A DNA stretch of 64,000 nucleotides, taken from assembly GCA_002633005.1 (NCBI GenBank), contig NMRA01000104.1, forward strand, positions 206,070 through 270,069, given 5' to 3'. The number at the start of each line of letters is the position of its first letter. Position 1 is the first letter of the stretch. Positions 40,401-52,292 of this stretch are shown one piece after another. Position numbers and translations under genes: made by a program. Source of the stretch: Phoronis australis. Taxonomy: Eukaryota > Animalia > Phoronida. A model generated the notes under the pieces. It worked only from the letters and a program-made list of their open reading frames with translations, had not been told where the DNA came from and searched no databases.

Positions 40401-43330
40401 TGTTTGTCTATTACACCACATTTTAGCCTATGTTCATTAAGGCTAACAGTTGGTGTAGTTAGACTCGTATAGATTTTAGAAGTGTTGTTACTGCGTCATC
40501 ATGATTTCCGAGTAGAAGTCATTACATGTTCTTCTAATTTAATAACTTCTAAATTATCTTCTGTTTGTTTGTACATCATAGTACTTCAAGTTGGTAGTCT
40601 AATAGAGTGCAGTATAATGCTAATATTATATTCAACAGATATTTGATATGACAGAATTCAAAAGTCACGTGACTTTAGAAGTGAGCAGTAGTGAATCCCC
40701 AGACCTGTCAGTTCTTCAGCCACAGTGCGTGACATCATTCAGTTTTCTACGAGACAGCGATGACGACCTTATCACACCGTGTTGGGCATGTGTAGTTAAC
40801 TTCAAGGCCCTCAACATGTTGTCAGATGAACGAGGTAGGCTGCGCTTGTGTCAATTTCTGAATGGCTTACTGTTGAACTGTGCAAAACCACTGCAACTAT
40901 ACCTTGTTTCAACATGAGCTTATACAGTGACCACCTTTGAACCTTCCTTGGTGCACTGTCGATGTGAATCTTACTTCCCAAAATTGAGCTTGATGTAAAA
41001 AGGTTTCTGTGTGTTATTCATCAGAACTGTAAACTAACTATTCTAGGCTTATTACCTGATGCAATGTAAAAACTTGCTATTTTAATCATTGACTGATGTC
41101 CTGCAAGAAATTGAACAATTACACAGTGGAAGCAAACTTTTTAATCACAGCCCGAAATGCCATGGATATTGTTGTCAGCTTATCAAGACATGTGCTTGTA
41201 TTTTTTACTTCCAGCGATTCATCGTGTTAAGGTGGCGCTGGCAAAAGCGAAGTTCCAAGAAGACTCTGGTGCTTCAAAAAATGTAAGACATTTATGTTAT
41301 TCAATGTTGTGTCTGTGGTCACTCTGTATGGTAGAGTCTGTGTCTGTAGTCACTCTGTATTATAGAGTCTGTGTCTGTAGTCACTCTGTATTATAGAGTC
41401 TGTGTCTGTAGTCACTCTGTATTATAGAGTCTGTGTCTGTAGTCACTCTGTATGGTAGAGTCTGTGTCTGTAGTCACTCTGTATTACAGAGTCTGTGTCT
41501 GTAGTCACTCTGTATTATAGAGTCTGTGTCTGTAGTCACTCTGTATTACAGAGTCTGTGTCTGTGGTCACTCTGTATTACAGAGTCTGTGTACGTGGTCA
41601 CTCTGAATGATACAGTCTGTGTCTGAGGTCTCTCTGTATGATACAGTGTGTGTTTGTGGTCATTCTGCATGATACAGTCTGTATCTTCCCTCTTTGATGG
41701 TGAAATAAATAACCGAGATGTTTTTATAACAAATTGGTCCTTTTCACCTTGTTATAAGGAACGTACTTGTATTGTTTTATTTCTCTTCAGCGAGTGTGGT
41801 CCAAGTTGAATCAAAGAAAAACTTTCGACACTGAGAGTGTCTCTGTACGCAAAAACCGAATTAAAGCTCGAGGTCAAGGTCAAAAGGTCAAAGACATTGG
41901 TTCCACGTATGAAGCACTGCATTATGGTAATCTTGGAAAACTTTATATCTTGCGGAGTTAACACAAATCCTCCAAATTTTGACTGCCCCAATTTCTTAAT
42001 CAGCATATCAAAGGCAAATTATTTTAGTTGGCTTTTCGTGTTTGGTTTGCGTGATACAAGCTTGTGGACATGCCTTCGTTTTGAGCTATTCCACGGAAAG
42101 GAGTATGAAATGATGGACGGGGACATTAACAATGGCTCACGCAGAAGTATCAGAATTCACGATATGTGGATTTCACTATGCTTATAAACAGGATTCAGTT
42201 AAAAATACTTGTATGTCTTCATATTCAGAAAATTTGCTAGAAATCCTTGGCTTGTTATTTTTGTAGTTTTCCTTTGGGAAATGGATAGTGAGACAAAAGA
42301 ATTTTTTGTAGAAATAAATAAGGCCTGCCTACACTGAGGGTTTTCAGAAGTGCATGTCTGGCGTTGAAAAAATCTTTCTGTCAGATTAACTAGCTAAAAA
42401 TATTTTGGAATTTTGCAAAATCCAACTATGTCAACAGAATTTGATAACCATGTCTAAAACAAATTTTCATGGAAATTCAAACAGAATTTCAGTGGTCCAT
42501 CTTTTTCTGAATTGAAAAATTGGGATCTCTGTTGCGTTGTCAAAATGACTCACTTCATAAATTTCCTTAATGAATGTTTTTCCTATAGCCATGAAACCCT
42601 CAGGATGTGAAATAGAACTCCCTCTAGAAACTAAGGAAGTTTAGCATGTCGATTCTAGCTCAAGTTTTCTATGTTCAAGGTTTTCAGGACCTTGTTGTCT
42701 TCTCAAGTATTGAAAAGGGGTGGAAAAGTAGTATATGTAATTTTCAGCTTTCGTATCCATTGGTGGTCCTTCACACTTTGCCAGTGTTACACTGTTATTA
42801 TAGTGGTCGAAGTTGTTGTTTGCCTGGTTAAAGATGTATTGCATGCTCCTAACTATGCTAATGTACAGCAGGAACTTAACAACAATCATGGTATTTTAAC
42901 ACAATCTGTGCTTCACTGACAATTTGTAAGTGATAAAAGAAAAAATTCTGCAGTTGGGTGACCTTTGTACTAATGACGTACCTTGGGAGCTCACACAGCC
43001 AGCATCATGAAGTATTCACCTGCACCACGTCACGATTCAGTGATTTGCGTTTATCATTTTCGGCACAAAACTCGTTCTTAAAAATATTTGGTAATTTTCA
43101 ACCCACTTCGTATTCACATTGCCGCTGTATGTTTTGTATCTAACTAATTTGACCAAGCAATCACAGAGATAAGTAATTAGGGAGTAATTTCCACTTTAAG
43201 CCAGTCTTTGTTTTCTCTTTTATTTCCAGGGAGTGCTCCCAATAATTTGAATGCTGAACCTAGCCGCATGCAGGTTGGTCAAGGTCATTCCAAGAAGGGT
43301 TGGATCCGAGTGATGTCACCTTTGAAGTGA
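19478..43330 (+). CDS. Unconventional myosin: class III-like motor without kinase, one IQ motif, charged helical segment, Smad MH2 (Expansion/Rebuf-like) domain; 28 exons, 1201 aa
   Basis: Exons: 19478-19579, 20659-20724, 21043-21181, 22173-22273, 22891-23005, 23564-23711, 25647-25764, 26256-26373, 27338-27409, 27818-27950, 29502-29724, 31945-32109, 32724-32869, 33173-33277, 33749-33815, 34140-34345, 34554-34665, 34866-35105, 36128-36274, 36821-36894, 37158-37275, 38754-38911, 39110-39182, 39624-39782, 40639-40834, 41215-41282, 41791-41926, 43230-43330. All GT-AG, phases consistent, total 3606 nt. Motifs: [71 protein letters not shown]-like [12 protein letters not shown]. Confidence 0.9.
25906..26057. 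repeat. 42-bp minisatellite, about 3.5 copies
   Basis: Unit cactagaccacactggtagaccttgagtaacaactcgtgttt. Confidence 0.85.
26700..27160 (-). mobile_element. Degraded Penelope-like retroelement fragment (3' end of the GIY-YIG region)
   Basis: The - strand reads [35 protein letters not shown], resembling the 'NVxILxxExxWFKRGVKEAIYI...NRDGG.Y' C-terminus of Penelope endonucleases. Confidence 0.55.
28439..28754. mobile_element. Harbinger-like MITE
   Basis: TIRs ggcccatg ... catgggcc, flanked by tta and taa. Confidence 0.4.
28783..29330. mobile_element. Kolobok-like non-autonomous DNA transposon
   Basis: TIRs aggttatgtaggacc ... ggtcctacgtaacct in a TTAA-like context. A related diverged copy lies at about 51114-51652 (ends ggtccaacataacctttaa). 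Confidence 0.5.
30370..31175 (-). repeat. Inverted, diverged member of the same tandem-unit repeat family, in a myosin intron
   Basis: Reverse-complement cores (ctgtgcccccttgtggc, tgcgccacatagtgg, tgtgcccctagtagc, ggtgcccccttgtg, tgcgccatctaatg) with the shared catgaaattt and ggatggatttgatgt motifs. Confidence 0.6.
31339..31784. mobile_element. MITE with 12-bp TIRs and 6-bp TSD (copy 1)
   Basis: caaggcttggaa ... ttccaagccctg; TSD tggtta at 31333-31338 and 31785-31790. Confidence 0.85.
36350..36455. repeat. Polypurine (GA/GGA) low-complexity tract
   Basis: gagagagggagggagggcaagagggaaagaaggagggaggg in a myosin intron. Confidence 0.7.
37468..37973. mobile_element. MITE with 12-bp TIRs and 6-bp TSD (copy 2)
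   Basis: Same termini and a highly similar body to 31339-31784; TSD gttttg at 37462-37467 and 37974-37979. Confidence 0.85.
38754..40834 (+). CDS. Smad MH2-fold domain exons of the myosin tail (exons 22-25)
   Basis: [89 protein letters not shown]...IFDMTEFK...[26 protein letters not shown]. This matches MH2 hallmarks: WCxxAY, IDG, GLxxxxN, HIGxGV, IFD, C...SF, TPCW. Confidence 0.85.
41309..41682. repeat. 31-bp minisatellite, about 12 copies
   Basis: Unit tgtgtctgtagtcactctgtatta(t/c)agagtc, degenerating toward the 3' end. Confidence 0.9.
42589..42644 (+). CDS. Candidate alternative terminal exon of the myosin ([18 protein letters not shown])
   Basis: Polypyrimidine tract plus tag acceptor, phase-1 compatible with the donor at 41926, in-frame TAG at 42642-42644. 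Confidence 0.35.
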
Positions 43331-45693
43331 TTGGTTCAGCCAAATTCTGACATGCCCCAACTTGGTAGTCTTCCAACTGTGTATCCTGCAGTCTTAGTGG
43401 CACCGTATACTTCGTCATAGATCTGTAGATGTGCTGCTGTCAACAAGCTTATTTTTCAGGTAGTCTAATCTGAAGTCCTTTGTGTGTGAAGTTGATGAAT
43501 TGCCATATGACTAGTGAGTTCACCGCAATAAAACGCATGCTAAAATATATTGATACACCGTCAATTAAAATTGGTATGAATTTGAACTGTTTGGCTTCTG
43601 AAATTGCTATCCTTGTGAAAAGTTAAGTTAGGGTCATTTTTAGCCAAGGAAATGCAACAACAATTAGCCAAAATAGATGTCATAGGTTTCCCTTCTCTGG
43701 TACGCTTTGATGAATAGTTTTAGTGCCATGTTCACACTATTGACAATTGACCTGTGAGTCGTGATGTATATCAGAACACAGGAACGCTGAACAATGGATC
43801 AGATTGATATCTGGATTTAGCCTCAGTTTAGAAACTGTCTGGAGTTGAATCCAAATGGATGGAAATCAATATTTATCTTGGTGTTAAAAGGTTCGAGAAA
43901 TTATTTATGTCTGAGTATCCAGTTATGAATTCATTTTTGGCATTTTATGTAGCGAGTTTATGAAATAGCCCTTCAATAACATTGTTTAAGAGCGGTTACG
44001 CTTTTGATGTACACAAATAATTTACTCATACATTTCAAAATCATGCTCAGCAAATCGTTATGCCAATGTGATTACTGGAACGTGCTAAGCAGTCCTTTTA
44101 ATGTTTACTTTCGAATGTAAGCCATGTTTCTTGAAGCATGAAGCTGCGCTGCATTAATTTGCCACTCTGTAAGTAGAATTTCTTTCCAACTTTGTCGAAA
44201 TCAGTGTTCTTTCATCATAGATAAAAACTCCCAAGATAGTCACTAAATCAGAACAGATACTTGGCTGTATGGATTATATGTAACTATTTTGTCAATATCT
44301 TGGAAATCAACTAAAACAAAAGTTAGACTTGCATTCTTGTCATGAGTAGTTTATTGATACATTCTTGGGTCTATGGAAGAGAAATGATGCATTCGTGTAT
44401 TAACTGGCTCAAATGGACAGAATGCTCCGTCTATTGCAAAGCAATACCCATTCTCTTGCTAATACAATCCTCAGATTGTTGCTAAATGCAATCCTTAATA
44501 TTTTGCTATTACAATCAATTATTTGTGTCGTTGCAATGTAGTCAATCGATAGGCAGATTTATGAGAAACTATCTGAAAGGTAATGTTTGGACGCTATGGA
44601 GTAGATGAGGTTAGTTGGTTATCTTGTAACTTGAAAGTAATGTACAAATTTGAAGAGTGGCATAATATTACGTCTTTTTGATGATAGAAATGAAGGAGAA
44701 TATTGTTTTTGTTAAAGAACCTCTTGTAGTTGTGTAACACATGTTCACCAGTTAGACTCAGTCTCATAATGGTCTGCTATATTAAGAAGTCAGAAAGTTT
44801 GTGGGAACTCTATATGGTACATGTATATATCCTTGCATCTCTATGTTTAGGTCTACCTGACTCCATATTGAAAGTGGAAAGCAGCTTTTTAGTGTCATTT
44901 TTAGTTAAACTACAATTTTGGTTATTTAAGAGTAATTTTCAAGTTAATTTATATTTCCTGGATTCTATTTAATTATGCATACGTAACAGCAGATGTGACG
45001 TCTGCTTCCCAAATCATTCACCACCATCCACTTTTGACTGTTTTTTCTGTCTGTAGCAGATCGAACAATGGGTGGCTCTCTCTTAAGTTCTACTTCAGGG
45101 CTTGGAATTTTCCTGTTTCAAGCGGATTTCCTCTTTTTTTGGTTTCAATTTTCTTATTTGATATCGAGTTTCCTCTTTCATTGTCTCCCTTTTTATCACT
45201 ATTTTGACTTTATTCATGCACAAGCATCTATTTCAATTAAATTCTACTACAAAAAATATATTTCTATCACATAAGCCTATTTATTTGTGGAACGGTACAT
45301 CACCTGGAAAGTTTTTCTCTGTTTTGTCATTGGTCATTACATGTCTTGTTACTTCTTGTTTAATCTTGGATTGTCTCAGAAGACTCATCGAAGGTTCATT
45401 GAAAATTGTTTGCAATCTATGGGTGTCTTTTATGAACGGTATGGCTGGGAATGTTTTGGGCCTCAAACGTCACTTCTGGGGTGATGTATGCATAAGTAGT
45501 TAGAGCTTGGTTAATATAATTAGCTTGAAAATTTATCTAGTGTGACCAGAAAACTGCTATTTAACCAAATATGATGAATGCCTTCCCCTTGAAGAGTACA
45601 ACATGCACTTGAATGCAAATCATTTGAGTAAAACCATTCATCAAGTTCAATGACGTGAATAGAGGTTGAGCTATCCCATAAGTTCAATGCCTA

Positions 45694-46260
45694 CCTTCAT
45701 TACCAAGGGCCACTTTTAGTTTTTAATATCTTTTGAATTATTGATTGTCTGTATGTAAAACCATGTATTTTTCAAATTTTTGATAATCAGGGAAATTGAC
45801 AATGCAAACCAAAGTGTTGCTTGAACGTTTGTAATCACATGACCACGTTTTTTCATAAAAAATCACAATTTACCATCGAGACCCATGTAACTTTCACAGG
45901 TTTCATTTTTTCCTAAGAGGGTAATAAAAAAGATGGTAATAAATTCTGTTTATTAGTATTCCAGACACCATTTTGTAGCTAATAGGCCAAACAGAATTCA
46001 TTTTGTAGCTAATAGGCCAAACAGAATTTAGTATGCTGTTAGGAAAAAAATGCAACTTGTGGAAGTTATGTTGGTCTCCATGAAAAATCGTGATTTTTTA
46101 GGAAAAAACATGGTCACGTGATTACAAACGTTTGAGCAACCCTTTTCTTCACATTATCGACTTCCCTGATTATCAAGGATTCAACAAATTACATGGCTTT
46201 ACTTACTGACAATCAATATTCCAAAAGATATAATAGAAATATGGCCTTTGGTAATGAAGG
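45694..46260. mobile_element. Foldback MITE with long imperfect inverted arms, flanked by TA
   Basis: ccttcattaccaagggcca ... tggcctttggtaatgaagg; inner arms aacgtttgtaatcacatgacca / tggtcacgtgattacaaacgtt; TA on both sides. A truncated second copy lies at 48265-48728. Confidence 0.65.
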
Positions 46261-47688
46261 TAGGTGATGACCTTCAAATAGAGTTAATGGAAACATTGAA
46301 ATCCCCAGTTCAAGACGTACACTAAAGGAACAACTGAGCGCGTTACAGATGCCTATAATTGCAAGTAAGAACCTTTTTGAAGAATGTGTTATTTTGAATT
46401 ATATGTCTATAAATGTGTGCAAATGCTGTGGACATCATGAGTAACTTTCTCAATGGTATGGCAATGTTGTATTTTATGGGGCGACAAAAAATATGTCTTG
46501 CTCCTAACTGTAGGGTGGTTGGTTATAATATTAATTTTGCTATTTGGGCTGTTGTGCATAGCACCCTTGTGACCCTGAATTACCGTACTCAATGTTTATG
46601 CAGGTCTTAGACCTTAGGAGCAGTGGTAGCATTCCAACACTGTTGATAAATTTAACTTTAGATGTTTTTTGCTGTTGATAACTTTCTAAAATTTATTCTT
46701 TAGTCGTATAACAGTGTAATAACAAAATTTATATCTGTTCAATGCACACTTATTATGCAGAGAATTTGTTATTTTATTGTACATGGAATATAGAATTTGT
46801 TATTTTGTTGTGTTATGTATTACTAAATATAGATCTGAGAGTCTTCCATTCCATATGTTAACCTTCTCAATACTCTTACTGAACAATTGTCTGTGATCAT
46901 TAGTTTTCTTACAGATTCTGTACATAAGTATTTTTAGAAAACATATTTTGTGTTTAGGAGAGAGGAACTAACCCACAAAAAATAATATCATGTGGTCTAA
47001 TACTTGTTGTACCAGATGTGCGCAGGCCGCTCAGGTGCTTGCACGGATCATCTGGAATCATTTTGGGGTTTATTAATACATGGTTAAAACCGCAGCTGAG
47101 GAGCAACAGGACTGGCTCAAGGGGCTAGCAGTGTGTCCCAGTGGGACTCAAACTCATGACCTGAAGTAAAGGGAGGACACTTATACCCACTTGGCCTGGC
47201 CCTCTGCTCAACTCAAGCAGACAAGATTTATTTGTAATGGCTCTGTTGATCCTGTACCTGCAACTCTCACTCAAACAACTTTTGCTATATGATGAGATCC
47301 ATACTCTTTTAGCAGATCTGGTCTGTGATATTCCACTGTAGTAGCTTTTAGAACAGTTTTGTATACTTTATCTGTAATATGTCAAATGCCACAATTTGGA
47401 TGAATGCGTTTGCTGTGTGAAGAAAGAACAGGTTATACTATCCCTGGCAAAGTTCAAAAACTGTACACATCTTGATTCCTTGAGGTTTCGTATATTGCTT
47501 TCTCAAACCTTTTGTCTATAAGCTGTTAAGGTTTTTAATAAATGCAAACTTTCCATAGTAAAATCTTTTATTTTTTAGTAAGTCTTGTTACTTGGTGAAA
47601 TGAAATTTCTCCCAGTCATACCTGTCCATTGTCATGCCATGTTTGTTTTTTGTTTATTTGTTCGCAAGCAGGCTGCAGCTCGCGTTTT
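45801..47688. repeat. Direct duplication copy A (pairs with 48265-50136)
   Basis: Collinear and near-identical over about 1.9 kb. Confidence 0.9.
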
Positions 47689-48224
47689 TTTTTTTGTTCA
47701 CGAAATTTGCGCCTATTGTTTTATTTAAAACCGGACGACAGATGGTACTGTGGCGCTGTAGGAAGTCATATCTTCGTCATCCGGCCCTCGCTGGTTCCCT
47801 ACATGTTTAGCCCAGCCAGCACGCGTGCTGGCGCGGCGACCGCCCCACCTAGCGGCACGCAGGGAACCAGCGAGTCATCCGGCCTTACGGATTTCATGAA
47901 ATTTTGTATGTGGATAGATCTTGTCAACCGCTGTAGTATGCCATGCGATGACTACTCCTTAATTAATTGTATTTTTGTGTCATGGTCGTCATGGAATTAA
48001 AATACAGTGTGCATTTTGTCCGTTGCTCGATGACTCTGGTTTCTGATCAGTGAAATCCGACGCAAAATGGCACTGTGATGGCCATTTTTCGAATGATGCA
48101 TTGCGGATATCTAGATCTGCGATACTTTGACAGAACCTTCTGAAATTTGGGTCGTAAAAATTAAAATTGTTTTTTTTAGATAAGAGATGATGAAACTTTT
48201 CCTCTAAGTAGCCAATAGGATTAG

Positions 48225-48263
48225 ATGTGTGTGTGTGTGCGTGTGTGTGTGTGTGTGCGTGCG
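48225..48263. repeat. (TG)n microsatellite abutting an assembly gap
   Basis: tgtgtgtgtgtgtgcgtgtgtgtgtgtgtgtgcgtgcg followed by N. Confidence 0.9.
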
Positions 48264-48264
48264 N

Positions 48265-50136
48265 AATGCAAACCAAAGTGTTGCTTGAACGTTTGTAATC
48301 ACATGACCACGTTTTTTCATAAAAAATCACAATTTTCCATCGAGACCCATGTAACTTACTGTACACAGGTTTCATTTTTTCCTAAGAGGGTAATAAAAAA
48401 GTGGGTAATAAATTCTGTTTATTAGTATTCCAGACACCATTTTGTAGCTAATAGGCCAATCATAATTCATTTTGTAGCTAATAGGCCAAACAGAATTTAG
48501 TATGCTGTCAGGAAAAAAATGCAACTTGTGTAAGTTACTTGGGTCTCCATGGAAAATCGTGATTTTTTAGGAAAAAACATGGTCACGTGATTACAAACGT
48601 TTGAGCAACCCTTTTCTTCACATTACCGACTTCCTAATTATCAAGGATTCAACAAATTATATGGTTTTACTTACTGACAATCAATATTTCAAAAGATATA
48701 GTAGAAATGTGGCCTTTGGTAATGAAGGTAGGTGATGACCTTAAAATAGAATTAATGGAAACATTGAAAATCCCAGTTCAAGACGTACACTCAAGGGACA
48801 ACTGAGCGCGTTACAGATGCCTATAATTGCATGTAATAACCTTTTTGAAGAATGCGTTATTTTGAATTATATGTCTATAAATGTGTGCAAATGCTGTGGA
48901 CATCATGAGTGACTTTCTCAATGGTATGAATGTTGTATTTTATGCGGCGACAAAAAATATGTCTTGCTCCTAACTCTGGGGTGGTTGGTTATAATATTAA
49001 TTTTGCTATTTGGGCTGTTGTGCATAGCACCCTTGTGACCCTGAATTACTCAATGTTTATGTAGGTCTTAGGCCTTAGGAGGAGTGGTAGCATTCCAACA
49101 CTGTTGATAAATTTAACTTTAGATGTTTTTTGCTGTTGATAACTTTCTAAAATTTATTCTTTAGTCGTATAACAGTGTAATAATAAAATTTAGATCTGTC
49201 CAATGCACACTTATCATGCAGAGAATTTGTTATTTATTGTACATGGAATATTGAATTTGTTATTTTGTTGTGTTATGTATTACTAAATAAAGATCTGAGA
49301 GTCTTCCATTCCATATGTTAACCTAAGTTCTCAATACTCTTACTGAACAGTTGTCTGTGATAATTAGTTTTCTTACAGATTCTGTACATAAGTATTTTTA
49401 GAAAATATATTTTGTGTTTAGGAGAGAGGAACTAACCCACAAAAAATAATATCATGTGGTCTAATACACGTTGTACCAGATGTGCGAAGGCCGCTCAGGT
49501 GCTTGCACGGATCATCTGGATTCATTTTGGGGTTTATTAGTACATGGTTAAAACCAGCTGAGGAGCAACAGGTCTGGCTCAAGGGGCTAGCAGTGTGTCC
49601 CAGTGCCACTCAAACTCATGGCCTGAAGTAAAGGAAGGACACTTATACCCACTTGGCCTGGCCGTCTGCTCAACTCAAGCAGACAAGATTTATTTGTAAT
49701 GCCTCTGTTGATCCTGTACCTGCAATTCTCAAACAACTTTTGCTATATGAAGAGATCCATACTCTTTTAGCAGATCTGAGGTCTGTGATATTCCACTGTA
49801 GTAGCTTTTAGAACAGTTTTGTATACTTTATCTGTAATATGTCAAATGTCACAGTTTGGATGAATGGGTTTGCTGTGTGAAGAAAGAACAGGTTATATCC
49901 CGAAGTTCAAAAACTGTACACATCTTGATTCCTTGAGGTTTCGTATATTGCTTTCTCAAACCTTTTGTCTATAAGCTGTTAAGGTTTTTAATAAATGCAA
50001 ACTTTCCATAGTAAAATCTTTTACTTTTTCTTGTTACTTGAAATTTCTCCTAGTCACACCTGTCCTTTATCATGCCATGATGTTTGTTTTGTTTTTTTTG
50101 TTTATTTGTTCGCAAGCAGGCTGCAGCTCGCGTTTT
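48265..50136. repeat. Direct duplication copy B, starting immediately after the N at 48264
   Basis: Collinear with 45801-47688, with scattered SNPs and small indels. Confidence 0.9.
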
Positions 50137-52217
50137 CCAAGTATTTGTAAAAATTTTGAATTTCTGTAGATGACAAAGCATTTTTCTTTTAGTTTTAAGT
50201 TTCAAAAACCGATCTGTCAACTGCTCGCCACTTCGATTTTTCTCCCACAAGGCAAAGCACGCCTCCTTATTTAGTATGGCAAGACCAATGAGGAGTAGAC
50301 GAAAGATATAGTACGTTCCACTTAAAATAGAAAATGCTACCTTTGACCTTTGATGTAAACAAAACAATGATGAGTTCAAGGAGCAGCCAGTCCAATCAGG
50401 AAGCAATTGAAGCAAGTCGTCATGTATAGTCTAAAATGCACTTGGAATTATTTTCAGGAAATCACTTGCTTCACTGGCTTGTCTCATACTGCGGTGTCAA
50501 CCCAATGATAATTTGCCGTTGCTAATATCTATGTTGTCAGTCAGCTGTTTGTCGGATGAGCTCATGTGCGCATTTGTAAGTGGGAGGGAGATAAGAAACT
50601 TTGCGAGTTTGTCCTTATCGTGTATTTCATAAATTGTGAATGTTGCGACTTCTTTGGAAATTTTCTCACATTGGAAGTAAATAACTTTGCAGCAGACATT
50701 GCGAGATGGTACTTTCTTCAAGAAATGTTTAAAAGATATTTTTGAAGAGCTTTCGCATTCCATACCTCTTTAAAAAGCTTATGTGGATGGGAGCACATTT
50801 TAGCATGTTGATAGATGTCAGGTTTGTCCTAAAAGTTCAGAGGTTTAACCTTAAAAGTATTCAATTAAACCACATTCTTGTTGGCATAGAGTTCATTCGA
50901 GACGGATGAAAATGATTTTTACATCCTATCCAGCGCATAACTTTATGCAACCGGGCCCTGAGGTGAAGTAGAACTAGGGCCGCCAGTTCCTCTCAAGAAA
51001 CCAATTTCTAAACTGAGTAAGTTACAAGATCACTAGTATTGAAACACCAAGTGGTCTCAACCAAAAGTTGAGTTACAGCAGAAGGCATGATCTGGTTTAT
51101 TTGTCCCTACCCGGGACCCTAGAAAATTGGCCATATTTGGCCAGCTTCAGAAATCACATCTCATAAATTATTACTCGGATTCAAGTGAAACTTTAAGGTA
51201 CTATGCTTTATACACTATTATCCAAAACGTTGTTATAACTAAGAATTGTTTTGAATAAAATGTTTCATTTTTGCAGGAGGGGCTATCAAAATTTAGGTCT
51301 TAAAGGTTTTTATGTTCATAAGTTAAAGTTAAATAAAACGAAAACGGAACGATAATTTACTGAGAAAATTGTAACAGGGTTTTTGAGATTTTATCTTGAA
51401 CATTAACATAATATGAAATTTGCTCATGATATTGATCCAGTTTTGCTATGAACGTGCCTTTCTTTTTTACTACGTTTATTAAAAAGCATTGTCACGTGAC
51501 CTCATTAATGGCAGACTGGTATAAAGTCAAAAAAATCAAATTTTGTGGAATTTCTACTCTCATAAATTATATACTTTTGCTGAGTTAAGTTGTATAGTTT
51601 CATAGATATTTAGATAAATATGCAGTCTTGCCGATAAGGTCCAACATAACCTTTAATAAAAAGTTTCCCGCTTTCGTGGTGTAATTCATCTACGTCACAG
51701 CCGACAAATATTTTTGAGATCTGACGTCATTCAGACTGAAATCCGCGTGTGCCTTTGCTCCTCTGACGTCTGAGGTTTCAGTTTCATAAATAAACATTTT
51801 TTTTCGATTTACTTCTTTTTAAGGGACGCACAATTTTGCCGTTTTTTCTTTGTATGGTTACTTTTAATACAAACATTTTCTGTTAGAGTAATGAATGAAA
51901 ATTGGTTTCTCGGGTAATTAGAAGGCATGATTACGTATTTAAGTTACAAGAGCCTACTTGTATACTGGCATGTGAGTGCAAGAAATTCATGTGGTCGACG
52001 TAAAACAACATGACGTGCGAATGAATCTGTGTTACTCCTGACGAAAGAGGAAATCAAACAAAATCATCAGTCAGGATATATTAGTGGTTTAACAAATTGC
52101 TTGTGAGTAGCTGATATGCACATGTGTAAAGAGTAAGAGAACATCGCTGTCTAGTCACTGAGATTGTTGCATACAAAGTAGCCTCAAAGTCGTATACGGC
52201 TAATGTGGACTGGGTCT

Positions 52218-52292
52218 GTGGTGATGATGATGATGATGACGGTGGTGTTTGTTGTTGAATGTGATGATAATCACAGTGATGATGGTGATGGT
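52218..52292. repeat. (TGA/TGG)n trinucleotide tract
   Basis: gtggtgatgatgatgatgatgacggtggtg...gtgatgatggtgatgg. Confidence 0.75.

Noticed and set aside
38754-40834. A stand-alone Smad gene
   Set aside because: There is no MH1 domain and no SSxS tail, and the exons splice in frame to the upstream myosin exons.
41309-41682. 31-bp palindromic repeats resembling a CRISPR array
   Set aside because: Units are head-to-tail with no unique spacers, there are no cas genes, and the array lies in a spliceosomal intron.
50497-50763. 88-aa ORF on the - strand
   Set aside because: No recognisable motif and no convincing splice context; it cannot be supported as a gene.
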